Assembly: GCA_963924565.1 (NCBI GenBank)
Contig: OZ004615.1
Span: 14,880,001 to 14,944,000 of the forward strand
Direction of reading: 5' to 3'
DNA: 64,000 nt
Origin: Ascidiella aspersa
Taxonomy: Eukaryota
A model generated the notes under the pieces. That model saw only the letters and a list, made by a program, of their open reading frames with translations. It was not told the DNA's origin and ran no database searches. Shown here piece after piece: positions 1 through 13,400 of the stretch. Numbering within the stretch: position 1 is the stretch's first letter; each line of letters begins with the position of its first letter. The translations under genes and the position numbers were made by a program.

Positions 1-609
1 CTATTCAAGTGCATTGTTTTATCGTTACCGCTGGGCATCTAAAAAGGTTTGCAAATTTCCTGATAACGCCTAACTGTGTCTAGTTTGAAAATACAAAACA
101 CCTTAGATGATATTTCTGATATGAACACCAACTCAAACAATTACCTAAATGACACAACATACCACTGCGGATCATATGTCTCGTTCGCATTTGCAAGCAT
201 CGACCCTGTAATGCCCCTTTCGTTCGTCTGTCAGCGGCTTATCGCGATTATGTAAGGGAGATTAGACTTGCCACGTCGACTTGCATTCACTTTTGCAAAC
301 TGTCGACATTTCATCGATATCCAATTAACATTATTCTTTAAGAGGTTCTATAGGCTCGGGTTTTGTGCTACCAGAGTTTTCAAATGCCAATTATGACAGC
401 GTTTTCCAACCCATTTGTTTATGCTGCAGTATACTACCTGGAAACTTTAATGACGTTATACGTTTGTACTAATTGCTGCGTTGCGCAATTACAAATAAAA
501 TCAATTTTATTTTTAAACTTTAAATTGCGACCTAAGTTGCGATTGATTGGTGTCTTTTTGGTCGCATATAAACATGAATAGAAGTGTATTATGCAACTTT
601 CAGTTATCT

Positions 610-1281
610 TAGTGGTTTCCAACCTAAGGGGTTGTGACCCCGAAATGGGGTGGCAAGCAGTTGTCAGGGGGTTGTGTGTACTACTTAAACAAAAAAAAAT
701 ATTAAGAAAAACAATTTTAACTTAAATATAGAAGTAGAAGGAGAAAGAACAATCGATTTTTCCTTTACAGAACCAGCCGTGTTTAGGACGTCACCATTAG
801 TATTTTTCCTATAAAAGGCCGAAGCATAGTTTCAGCATAAAGGCCTTTTCTAATATAAATAGGAACGGTAACCATTCGACCATGGAAGACACGTTTTGCC
901 ACACCCGATAAAACTCTCTGTAACAAAATATTCCACACTTAGATATATTAAGATCACTTTTTCTATATTAAATCATTTGTTTTATAAACTGAAAACAAAA
1001 ATGCTTATTGTTTTGTTTAAGCTATTCTTGCAAGTTTACGGAAGTCAATTTTCTTGTTATGTCATGATGGCACAATTATTTTTTGTTTGTTTGAATAAAA
1101 AAGTCTTATGACGAAAATAGACCTTGAATTGTCGCTTTTAGTAACTTGTTTATGCTTTGGACGTATATCCGGGCATTCTTGCAAAATTTTGAAATATTTG
1201 TCTAGAAATTTGAACATTTTGCCTAATTGAGAATTATTGTAATCGGGTTTATGTCGACAATACAAAGCTTGGGAACCACTG
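610..1281. mobile_element. Degenerate hAT-type MITE
   Basis: Left end tagtggtttccaacctaaggggttgtgacccc, right end cttgggaaccactg. A similar degenerate copy lies at about 61975-62393. Confidence 0.55.
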
Positions 1282-3279
1282 CTTTCTACTTCCGTATGCA
1301 ACCTGATCTTCCGTATGCAATCTTAGAATTTTTTATTGATTTGCGTAAATTAATCGTTGCAATAGCTTTATTGTATATTTAATTATAATGTTATGCTTTT
1401 GTGTCTTGTCAGGAACAAAGCTCTTCGAAGTCTCTGCAAAGATTTCCATATACAGCATTGGTTTGTTCGATGAATTTGGACTTGTTACGGTGATATAAAA
1501 GGAAACTACTGCGGTTATGTCAATCAGAGACAAATGTTATTTTCTTTACAATGGCGAAGGTGCTGAGTGTGGTCAATATTTGTGTCAGATAGTTTGCAAC
1601 ATATTGAGTGGTTCAACTTGTACGCTAACCGCTGTAGTCACTCGCACAACATTTTGTTTAATTTATTGTCGCAATACATGTAAGTGATTATTGACTTTTT
1701 AAGTCATCAAACCGTCCTCGTAATGAATTTTTATATTTTCGCTGAATTACATTCCCCGATTTGAAGAATAAATTCAACTAATTGCATATAAATGTCAGGA
1801 CAATGTAATTTGCTGTTTTAAGAAGGACTTGGCTATTCTTTGACTCATATTGATTATGATGAGATTTGTCACTTTTATATGTAACATTAGAAACTATAAG
1901 GCGCTGGTCTAAAATCCTATACCACTTTGCACATTATTTTGGTTAGGGTCTGGTTTACCGTTTGGGTTAGGGCAGGGTGAAGTGTTATTATATTTCTTTT
2001 TATCAGTTTTGCCATTTTAATTTTGACGACTGGTTTCTGGATGTGGATTATTTAATCAATTGTGTTGTTATCAAAATTGATGTAAAGTACACAAAAAATT
2101 GATCACGTTATAGCGCAGGCCATTGAATGCTGATTAAATTAAAATACAGGAATATATAATTTTCAGTTGAAAATGACGAACAATGAAACGTCTTGCAAAA
2201 AACATGGTAACACAAAACCTTGAATAACAATCAGGGATGATTAACAAAGGATTTAAAATTGTAAAAAATCAGCAGTAGGAAACCACAGAACACTACGATA
2301 TTCGCTTATAAAATACTTGTATAGGTTTGTCCACAACTCGCGGCCTTTATTATGTAATTATATTTTGTTTACGATTCAAAGTTTAGCAATGCTTAATTTT
2401 TTTGTCCCAAACCTTATTTTTAGTACAAATTTAAAGTTGTAACAGTGGACTACATGTTTATGGCCCTCTCGCTCGCAGTACTTTTGTTATTAAAAACAAA
2501 AAACTATTTAATTACATTTATTAAAGCTAACGCTAAACGAATAATCAGCTACAAAAAGCTTCAACGACACCAAAGTGCAAAAACACATCACTAAAAACAA
2601 CGGATAACTGTTGTAAAAGATACGAGCTGGCGTCTTTTCGGCTGACTCATGCAACCCCTCTAGTGGTAGAAAACTAAACACCATCCCATTGTTTAGAAGT
2701 ATACGATAGCCTACCACAAAAGGGGATAACTGCGACTAAGCAGGCCAAATTCCCAAACGAAGAAAGTAGGTACTTTGGACGTATAGAAACGCTTCTAAAA
2801 TGTAATCGATTCTGTTTAATTATAGTGACAAAAGTTGCAGTTGTTATATCTCTTTGTTTTTCAGACATTAATATGTTTTTCAAACTTTAACGCAGTGGTT
2901 CTTTACCTTTCTTTTTTATCCCTTACACCACTTTAGTCGCTATTTAAACTACATTTCTCCTTAGTAAAACAGAACCTGCAAATATGTCAATACATAGAGT
3001 GCATAACCTCTTTAAAATCGCAAGTTTTAGCTGCAGTATTGCTACGAAATTATAAGTAATCAACTTTGCTGAAGGATATTTTAATGAAAACGGAATATTT
3101 AGTCGTATTAAATAACAGAAAGTACACACATTGCATTGTGGTGGAATAACAAGGAAGTGTACACTCCATTCAAAGTTTTATCTCGTTTGTGAAACAGAAA
3201 GCACTGTTTAGATTTTGAATTGGGGTCTGCTCATAACTGGCACAAATATTTTACTCCCAACTAAAACGGCTCCCACTGA

Positions 3280-3392
3280 GCCTGCGTAGTTCAGTAGGTA
3301 GAGCGACGGTCCAGGTTTGGCCGGAAGTCATGAGTTCTATCCTAACCGCAAGCTAGTAGTTTATCCAGCCTGGACTTGCTTGCACGAAAATC
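3280..3392 (+). mobile_element. tRNA-like (Pol III A/B box) repeat head, copy 1
   Basis: GCCTGCG-TA-GTTCAGTAGGTAGAGC-GA-CGGTC-CAGGTTT-GGCCG-GAAGTC-ATGAGTTCTATCCTAAC-CGCAAGC folds as a cloverleaf. It shares a 3' tail (tagtagtttatccagcctggacttgcttgca) with the copy near 41334-41407. Confidence 0.75.
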
Positions 3393-3688
3393 CTAATTAG
3401 GCCGACTAATTTCGGTAAACCTTTTCGGAGGCATCACGTGCATTGATATGACAGTTTTATCGTGAGTACCACGTGATTTCTGCGCAACTATTCAGCTTAG
3501 GGTCAATAGTGCTAAAGTTTTTTAAAAATCTTTTTGTAAGTTCGCCTTCTTAAGTTCTTATGCAGCGCTGCTTAAACGGTAAGCCATGGAACGTTACCAG
3601 GTGCCCCGCGGAAAAGCAAAAAAATTCTAAAATATAAATCATATGTTTTTTTATCATTTTTAACTTTCTCTTTCGGCTTGCAGTAGCG

Positions 3689-5154
3689 CAGAGGTTCCCA
3701 ACGTGGGCGGTATCGCCCCCTTATGGGCGTTAGTGAGTTACAAGGGGGCGTTTTGGGCCTTTCTCTCATTTAGGGGGCGTTACATAACAGTACGTATGCG
3801 CAGTTTTTTTATTACTTTAAAATAGTAAAAACATCACTGTAATATGTATTATTTAAGCTTAAATGACAACTTTAGTAATGCGAACTTGTAGTAGTTTCTG
3901 GCGTAATAATTGACTTTATAATGTTGGTTGTTGTTGCGTTTCACCGTTTTATACGCTGCAAAATGTTTGTTTGTTTAAAGCTGGGATAGGGAGCCTACGG
4001 CCCGCGGGCCAGATCCGCCAATGTAATTCATCCAGCTCGCCTTTTTTGGCAAACTAGACACGAGTCCATTTCATATACTTTTTGACTATTTTAACTGCTT
4101 TAGTGCGAAAAAATTTCGCGCTTTGGCGAATGATATTTCTACTTCCGGTTTGTTTACGTTTTGATGCAGTCTTTTGAAATAGATCAGCGCCTTTTTACCG
4201 TTGCTCTGTGAAAGGCTGCCAAGTGCGCGGATACACGGAAATTCTCTATTTTCGGCAATGTAATAAGAAGTTAATTTGAAAGAAATGCCGTTTTAAAAAA
4301 AAAATCGGGCCCGCTTCGCCAGGTGCACCCTTACTTAATAACTATCAAGGTTATCGCGTTTCCTCAAAGTAGTTTTATTGCACTTTTCATTAGTAGTATG
4401 GATGACGACGTGTGGACTCAAATTTTAAACCAAACAAACGCCTTTTTCGCGCTTTGCGCCAACACTTTACTGCTTCGTTAAATGTAATTAAACACGTTTT
4501 GAATGCAAAAGATCCGTCGCCCGCCTGATTCACAGAACTTGTTCTAACATTTTAATAACACAATTCTTAGTTACCATTTTTTTTTGAGTTTTGTTTTGGG
4601 CCGCGACTAGTAAAAGGTTCCCGACTCCTGATTCAAAGAAACAAACATTTTGCAGCGTATAAAACGGTGAAACGTATTGGTGTAGAACGTTTAATTTTTC
4701 CTGGTAATAGCATAACCTTGTGAAATAATATATGTATATTACGCATTAATCTTTTATGTTAAGCTAACGACAAAACTGGATTGCTATGGAACTATATGTT
4801 GAATCGTCAGCCGTTTTAACTGCAGTAGCGCAAAGTAGTTTGCATTAATGTGTTTAAACCTTAACGCAATTATTTTGTTTGTAAATTATATGTCCTGTTG
4901 TTACTCACATGCCCTAATTTTTAGAGTTACGCACCTACGCCATTAATTTAGTTCAATTTATAAACATGCTCACTAAAATGCTTATAGTGAATGTATGTTT
5001 GACAATCTAACACATCACTGACAGGTCATCGAAATGAAAGTATAAAGTTAGACAACGATTAATATAAACCTTTACTGTAAGCATATTGAGGGGTCGATAT
5101 GAAATAATATGGAGCCCAACGGGGCACTAGTGTAAAAAAGGTTAGGAAACACTG
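3689..5154. mobile_element. Non-autonomous hAT (Buster/Charlie-like) element
   Basis: TIRs cagaggttcccaac / gttaggaaacactg; perfect 8-bp TSD cagtagcg at 3681-3688 and 5155-5162. Confidence 0.85.
3981..4630. mobile_element. hAT MITE nested in 3689-5154; same family as 37224-38013
   Basis: Ends ctgggatagggagcc / ggttcccgactcctg; imperfect TSD gtttaaag / attcaaag. Internal segments (gacacgagtccatttc, tttcctcaaagtagtttt, ccgcgactag) match the reverse complement of 37224-38013. Confidence 0.75.
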
Positions 5155-8100
5155 CAGTAGCGCATTCATTCAATAGTTATTTAAAGCTAAAGCAGCTATA
5201 TGAAGCCTATAAGAACTTGAAAAAAACACTGATAAGATAATGTTTCGCCAACTATACCCAAATACTCGCTTTTATGCGTCTCGTGCAATTTACTACTATA
5301 CAATTACATGCATAACTACACAACTGTTCGTTTAGAACAGCACACCTTTTCTAAGATTATTCAGGTTATAGCGCCACGTTAGATACGTAAGGGTAAATAT
5401 ACAGCTATCCATGCACTCATAGAGGTGTCATATTCCTAAATATATACAGGGTTGGCCAATTAGGCTTACAGTTTTTAAACTTTTTTTAGCATTGAATGGC
5501 CACCACGCTCACCTGACCTGACACAAATGAGTTTCTTTTTTGGGGGTGTTATCTATTTAACCAATTTTTTGTATAAAATAAATCTATGAAGGCCTATGTT
5601 ATTTTAAGATTTGCGCAAACTTTTCACGTGGTCCGTGCGGTCATACAGCTCTTGAGTCAAAGAACTTCATAACATTTTTTCCCATATCATAATTCTGGGT
5701 CTGTAAAGAATACAGTTTTCTATAAGGTGATTTTTAAAAACCCAGCAGTTTGTTAGTGTTCATCACCGTGGTGCATTTTAGTAAATTTTGTGCCTTTTGG
5801 GTTGATTCAGTGCAGATGGCTGAACAATCATCTGCAAAAATAAAGTTAGCTAAAAATAGAGCTAATCATCTGCATTTTTTATTGGTAAATAATAGCATGA
5901 ACAACTTGTTTGTTGTTCTGTAAAAAGTATCTTTTTTTAATATTCATTATGCACAAAAATTGGTAATACTTTGGGTGTAATACATGGATTTTTTAGTGGT
6001 ACCGTTTTTTTAATTCATTGACCACAAGATGCTGCTGCAATTCAGTATATTTTGTGGCCTCGTCTGTGCTTGGTTAATTTAATGTTTAGAGATGTGTTAT
6101 GTTAAACGGGGGTTTAATCAAATATATATTAGAAAATTACCTATAGCGTTTGGTTTACTATTGTTTTTGCCACAATAAAGGTTATAATGGAAACCAGAAA
6201 ATTGTATATTATTATTTTGAGCAATGATTTGACAAGAAGGCAAGAAAATATTTTTAATAGACGAACATTCTTTTAAGACAAAAGACAGCTTCAAAACTAG
6301 CAAAACGTTGTAAATTGCTTTCCGCCCTTCTGAAATTCAATGCTTGTATTTCGTCATTTACATAAATCTGAAAAAAAGTTTGACAGATAAAAAAATACGT
6401 GTTTAATGACACTGCAAATTATGGCACGGGCCCTTTCAACTTCTGGTCCGTGAAATATGAAGAGGCGGCGGATCTGTTTACAATTAGGGGTAAAGAAATG
6501 CCGAGGCGATAATTGCCAATAGGCTGGCGAGAATGAGCGGCGAAAGTGCTATCTCGTACGTGAGCTGCGCTATCTCGTACGTGAGCTGCGCAAATTCTAC
6601 AGCGAACTCGTGACAAGTTTGCGCGCGTCGCCCATCGCCCCTCCCCCCCACACTTATTCAGGGAGATTCTTTAAAGGCGAGAAACGCCAGTTGTCAAAAG
6701 CGTTCGCGTCGTTGTTAAAACATGCCCAAAATAAAATTTAAATATTTTAGGAAGATTTAAATTTGTTTTCAGATTTTAGAACAATGGTTCCCACACTTTT
6801 ATGGCTTAAGGCACCCTCAGAGATAATAAACTTCTTGAGGCACCTCCACTATAATTTCCTTAATTGGTTTACTGATAATGTTACAACAAATGCATCTGGA
6901 ATACCACCATAAATTTTACACATGTAGTAAATATGGTTTGATTTATTTATATGCTTTACGTACAGAAGAGGCTTATCAATAGACAGAAATCAGAACTCCC
7001 ACATACTTCTCGGCACCATTGACAACTAAAAATGACATCTCATGGTGCTCCCAGTGTAACTGGTCTACAAAAAAATTTGTAGCATCCCTTATTACTTTTT
7101 ATGTATTATGGCTCAAAACGTGATTAGTTTGTAATTACAACTTTTATACTAAGTTAATGTGAATTTTAAGTTATATCTTGCTAAAATTTAAGGATCCAAC
7201 TGCACGTTTTATTACCAAATAATATTTTATGTACTTAATCTGGGCGTATAGTTTTATCCAAATGTGGAAATAATCTAAATTCAGAACAAAAAAATAACGA
7301 TTGTGTGTAAATTGTCTGCTGATCTCAAACGCCATCAGGTCGTTTTAAATAATTGCGAGCGAAATATGGTTGTGTATTTGTTTCCCATATAAGGTGGTAC
7401 CAAGCATGATTTACACACTGCCCTTTTGATATGGTGATATAAACGTTAGAACACGTTTAATTGCCGCACTTATTGTATCGCGATTACGCGCGCCCCTCGT
7501 AAGAATGCTATTACTTGCGGAACGCCGCAAACTGCTAGCAAATGTTGCCGTTATAGATGTGGTCGGTTTCGTGAGTTAGGTGTTTAGACTTTGTTACGTC
7601 ACAAGCTCTCGCTAATTGCAGAGTCGAATGTACTAATGGCGAACCCCGCCTTCAATGTCGGCACGGCTTAAATTGCGATTTCGCTTTAGCGAAGCCCCAC
7701 GTCATACAGACATGAGTCGCGACTATATATCTGGCGTAATTGAAGAAAATAAGATAGAGTCAGCCGTTCCCGGATCGCCTTTTAATAAACTGATCAATGA
7801 GGTAACTGCAAGGCATGTGTAGAAAGAGCTGCTTCGGGTATGCTGGTATGCGAAAAACAAAACAAAGAAGCCAGGTTTCTTATCGTTTTCAACGCGTCTG
7901 CTCTCGGTGCTGGAACAGTTCAGCGGACGGAAGCGTTTATTGGAGGCGACGGCGTGTCGATAACCGAACGTCGACGGTGGTTTCTGCAGTTATTTTAGTG
8001 CTTTACCGAATTGATAATGCGCATCCTCGTTTGCATTACATATCAATTAATATACGCTGCCTGTGTATATATTGTTCAGACAGGAGGTCCACCGTCGGAG

Positions 8101-9938
8101 CAGTGTAGTTTGCGAAAAATCTGCTAATAACGGAAAAGAAAAAACGAGATTTTTAGCAATACTTTACTTTAGCTGTGCGTAAGTTTTCTATATCGACTGA
8201 TGTAAACCATAGGGAAATGTATATTTTAAACGAGAAAGCGTCGAGACTTATAACAGAATTGCATTTTCGTAACCATAATAGTAACTTCGTTAAATGACTG
8301 CACTTCTATTCTGCATTTTGTGGGAAACACTAGTAAGAGTGTATTTTTGCAGAGTCCGATTATAGGCGTATAAAGTTTTTGTCCTTAATTTTGTGATGGC
8401 TTACAACGTCCCTATACTTGTTTAGTTTCGACACTACCAATAGTAATATCAAACTAATAAATAGGAGGTATTGGTACATTATGACCCATTTTCTATCCCG
8501 ATATTACTTTAAAATTGAACGTTTTTGTTTATCACTTTGGTATTCCTTTATTATTATTTATTGCCTTTATTATTATTCATTGTCGGAATACTTTTTACGC
8601 GCGCTGCACATGTTAGTGAACCAAAGAGCCTTTTGATTTAATATTTGCAAAGTTTTGAAAATTACCTTATAATATTTTTTAGATAATTATAGCGATTTTA
8701 AGGTAGACTATTAAAATCTTAATTATAGTGAAAGGAGTAAAACCCTAAATTAAATTAAACTACTTACATATGTTTCTGTTTTGTTGCGAGTTGTGATAAA
8801 ATCAGATCAAAAAATGGAAACGCATTTAAACCAGCCTTGTGCCCCCAGTTAAAGAATGACAGAGGTCAAGAAAGTTAGGGAGAGGTTAAGGTCGTTAGCA
8901 AGGCGACTTGACTTGTCGGCGGAACGTTATCTTCCCATAGGCGTGGTTTATTTTGCCCCTAAACGCGGGTAAGGGTGCTTATTAGTACACAACACTACTG
9001 ACAATATAATTAAAACAAATGGAACCAACAGTTCATCTAGCCTATAAATAGAAATGTTCGAGTTGTACCTAACGCGAATACGAGAAGGGCACGCTGTCTA
9101 AAAATGTTGAGAAATTTAGACGTAACGACCGAAAATAGGGCAGGATAAAGTACGGAATATATACTGTCTCTCTCTATAGTGCCTGTGTAGTAAATCGGAC
9201 ATCGGCAACTACAAGCGTTTATCATTAGCAAAACAAACTTTCAGAAACCGCATAGGCTCGCTTCAAAAACTTGAAAGATGATGACGCACCAAACAAGCGT
9301 CGGAGGCGAATCGAGAAAAACATTCTCCTGTAATCCCACGTATGTATGTCTATACCCTTCACTGCAAAATGGTGGCCCGCTGTCCGATGTGGAGCGTTCA
9401 ACTATAATTTTAGCAAAGGTCAGAATCATCGCGCAAGTATGTAAATTGACAATTCGCGCGGTGCAACGATCGACTTTCGCGCGTTTGGTGATAATGGCCT
9501 GATTTGTGAAAACGAAAATGCTCAACTAAATCGACCAGGAATACATTTTCGACGGCAATCGTCTTATTTTACAAAAAACATCGGTCGGCGTAATGCGCGT
9601 GCGTTCCTGGAATATCGCTTTTGTGCTGAAAATTTTGAAAAAAATCTAGACCTGTCAGACGTTAAATAATACTGACATACTTTCTTATATCCTAATAAAA
9701 AAATATAATCATTTTTTCTACTATAATATATCCCTTTTACATGGTTTGTTGTTGCGTCAGGGTAGAAATTCGTCGTATACCAGCACCCTAAAATAAACAA
9801 TATATTGTATAGCCAATGTCTATTATACGTCCTTGAGTATCAAAATTTCTCATTTTATTTTACCCTTAAACAAATAACATGGTTTTCGTATATTTGTTTA
9901 ATTTTTTAGCTAAAAAGATCGGTATTTTACACTTTCAG

Positions 9939-10453
9939 ATCTAGACTTGAGCGATTATCACGTCGTAAACAGCCGCGCTCGACAATTGTCACTTGTTTCC
10001 CGGGCGTCGCGTAAAATAAACAAGCAAAGCAGTTTGTGTGAACGACAGAAGCGAACAACTGTTAGCACCTCTTCCGCCCACCGCACCCCCTATCCCGGAA
10101 AGATTTGACGACCAGAAAAACCAGCAGCAGGTGAGGAAACTTGCGCCTCAAGCAAAAGAAAGAAGCATCCCGGCCCGGCATATATTGCCGCCCACTTGCA
10201 GGGCTACGGCCATATATTCGGGTGCAGCGAAAGTCAAGCAAAAGGCACGGTAGGGACAAAAAGAAGACGTTTACAAAGCTGGAAGCTCAGCGCTCAGACT
10301 GTCGGTAATTTATCGTTGTGAATATCGAAGAGCTTGTTCGGAAAAAAAATCACGAAGGAAGGACGATTTTGAAAATTTGTTTCAAAAAAAAAAACTTCTG
10401 AGAAGAAAATTACGGAAGTAGCACGGTTTAGCGGACTTTCTAACAGCAAAGAA
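9939..10453 (+). promoter_or_regulatory. GC/CpG-rich wnt3 proximal promoter and/or 5' UTR
   Basis: CpG-rich relative to the background, no ATG in 515 nt before the start codon, TATA-like catatatt at about 10179 and 10211, Fox-like gtaaaca/ataaaca near 9964 and 10016. Confidence 0.5.
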
Positions 10454-13400
10454 ATGATGTCCGCGCGGACTTTGGCCCTTTGGATCGCCCCCCTCTTTTG
10501 GTTCGTCTTCTTTCGCCTCGTGACGTCAAAGTGTGAAGCCCGTTCCGGTTCGCCGCGGTGGTGGTAAGTGCAATTGTCCATATTTGGATGCGCTTTTCTT
10601 CGATTTAAAGTTTAACACGCACTCGCGCCTGAGCGCGTATGTATAATGCCGTCTGATCTTTTTGAGTCGCGTAATTTGCGGCAATTAGTTCGTCCACGGA
10701 CGAGCGCGGTCATCGTTTGCAGCACGCCGACAATTTCCCTTCAGCCTCTTTGTACCTCATCGAAAAATCGCCCGCCGAAATGTCGAAGGGTATACAACAA
10801 GCACGCTAATCCGGCCGAGGCGTGGGATAGTGTAATTTAATTCACGTGTTCAAAAAAAATCCGCGCATAAGAACAACTTCGCAATAACTCTGGCACTCTT
10901 GTAGCGTAGGATGTAGTTACAACTCTCCTATGCCCAATTCTAAGTCGTTTGGAGAGGATAGCCCTTCGGGCGGAACATATTGTGCCTGACGTAATTGTCA
11001 ACTATCCTTTCACGGAACTTTATCGCTTGTCCTTGTGATTATGTAACACCTGCACACCCACGTGTCACGCCAGTCCCATTAATAAGAAAGGCGTTCGAGA
11101 AAGAAGTCACCAAACGACTTTGTTCTGTTTTTTGAATTACATTTAAAATAATTTCTAAAACTTGTTTTTTTTAACTAAGTGACGTGACCTATATTAAAAA
11201 GGATCGCTGTACAAAGTTACAAGTTAGGAGAATAACACGATGAAAAAATTCAACATTAAGTAAAAATGACCTAAAAACAACTTTGATTGTTGCGAAGCGA
11301 GGAAAATCGTCAGGCTACCGCAACAACGTTGCGCTCGTGTTGTTAATTAGTCAGCATTACGGAACAATAAATGGTAACTCTTTAAACACAGAAACGCGGA
11401 CGAAAAGTTTGCGTTTTATCTCAGGTCGATTGTGTTCTCTTGCGAGCTTTTGCAACTAGATCGCGCGTTGGCCTGGGGAGTGGGCTGCGTTCAAGTGCGG
11501 ATGAAAAACACTTACAGTACAAGCGTACAAGCACTGCCGCCGCTAATTTTCCGGCTTAGCGCTTCAACATGTATGTCGCTCGCTCGCCGCAGCACCCATA
11601 AACAGCGGATTGGCTGTGGTTGCTAACGAGCGCAAGCCATTGCCGAGCCCGCGTGTCATTCGCTGAAGAAAGACTTGCTTTCACCGCGAATCCTCGTTCG
11701 AGATTCGGGGTGCTTAGTGGGGAAAGCCGAAGGCATCCCGTAACATTTCGCCCGAGGTCGACCTCAAAGCCCGGGAGCCGCCCCCAAACCTCCTGCTAGT
11801 GATTGCAATCAAACGCTTAGCATTCTACCCTGCGTCGACGCGTAAACAAGGCATTTCATTACTTATGTCAGCCACCTCATCAGCTGGGTCACGTGGCGTG
11901 TTCGCGTAATGAGCCGGAACTCTTTACAACGGTTCGCGCGCCCATGCAATATCGTATCGCTCAACGTTGTACGGGTAGACGTGACAACGCGCATCGGCTC
12001 CGGATTCGCGTCCATCTATCTCCATTGAAAAGTGGCGTCAAAGTTGCGATCCCTGAATCCTTGAAAATTGGCTTTGGTGCGATAGCGATCTTCTCTTCTC
12101 GCTTCCTCCTTTCCTTCAGCTCCTCTGGCTGCTCCCACTGACGCAAAATAATCGGCCAGTTTAAATGGCCACTTCAAAAGCCGTCTACCGGTTTCCCTTT
12201 TCCGATTGATTTCATGTCGCTTCTCAACTCAACGTCTGTTGTTTATTCGACCGATCTTGATCTGGCTATAGGTTTCTAAATCAAACTATTTTAAAAGCAT
12301 TAAATCCGAGTGAATACTTTTTACGCCTTCCACTATATTACCACTGTAACAGGACAAAAAATAGGTGTTAGTTTTTGTTAGTCGAAAATGTAAAGCAAAC
12401 AAAGTTTTACGCCTATTGACAAACTAGCGTTTCAAAAATATACTTTTAGAGAGGTGTTTTTAATTTTTGTTAGCCTTAAAAACCGATATGACCATAATAC
12501 TGTACATGGTATAGGCATAAGGTGTTCTATAGGAAAAAAAAACTTGTTCAAAGCTGAGCTGCATTTGGTCTACTATTCACAACTAATGATATATATATAG
12601 GTGCAGTTCTAGCAATGAATGTAAAAAGTATTATAAAAAATAAATCATTGAACCCTGAATCACTCATATTTATTTGTTTGTCTTTTAATAATACCACGCA
12701 CCCTGGGGTAAATCATTTACCAGTTTAGGCAACAATGTTTTAGAGTAGCCTACTGTGTAAATTTAAAAATATGAGGTGCTAAACAAATCAATCAATATTA
12801 TCGATTGGAAGGTTTGTCCGCTTTGTCATAATTACATATCCACTTACAAAATCGCAACTTACAATTTTTTCATAAAATATAAATTCCATTCTATTTAGTA
12901 AAAAGTAAAACGACAAAGTGTAATAATTTGTTTAAAAACAAAAATAAAGCCTTTAAAACGCGACTCGTGGATCAAAACCGTCACTTACGAATCACCAATT
13001 TTCACCGGGACGGTATATTTCGTCCGAGTGTCTGCGGCTTGCGACCAATCACCGGCGCGGCCTCTCCCCCGAAATCGAGGCTTGTTACGATAATCGCTGA
13101 TTGCTTACGCTCGCGCGCATACAGGGCCGCTCCCCGACAATTTATAGAGACAACGTCGCGGCGCAGACCGTAATGTGAAATTTTCGCGCCCGTTCTAACT
13201 TACTGCAATGCACCGCTAAAAGCTATTTTGAACCGCGCTGATGGTACTTGTGAATCATTTTAGTGTAGGCCGGTTCGGAATATCGAGATTCTTAATTACG
13301 TTGTTTATTTAACATTGCCTCCATCTTCCGTGCTTTGTTGTTTCTATTGCGTCACTGCGCCACAATTATGGTAGGGAAGTTCTAAGCAAAACTAAGTTAT

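Noticed and set aside
7815-12146. Short ORFs around the wnt3 5' region as a possible Wnt9 or other gene
   Set aside because: No Wnt cysteine motifs or other recognisable domain; long open frames are expected in GC-rich regulatory DNA.
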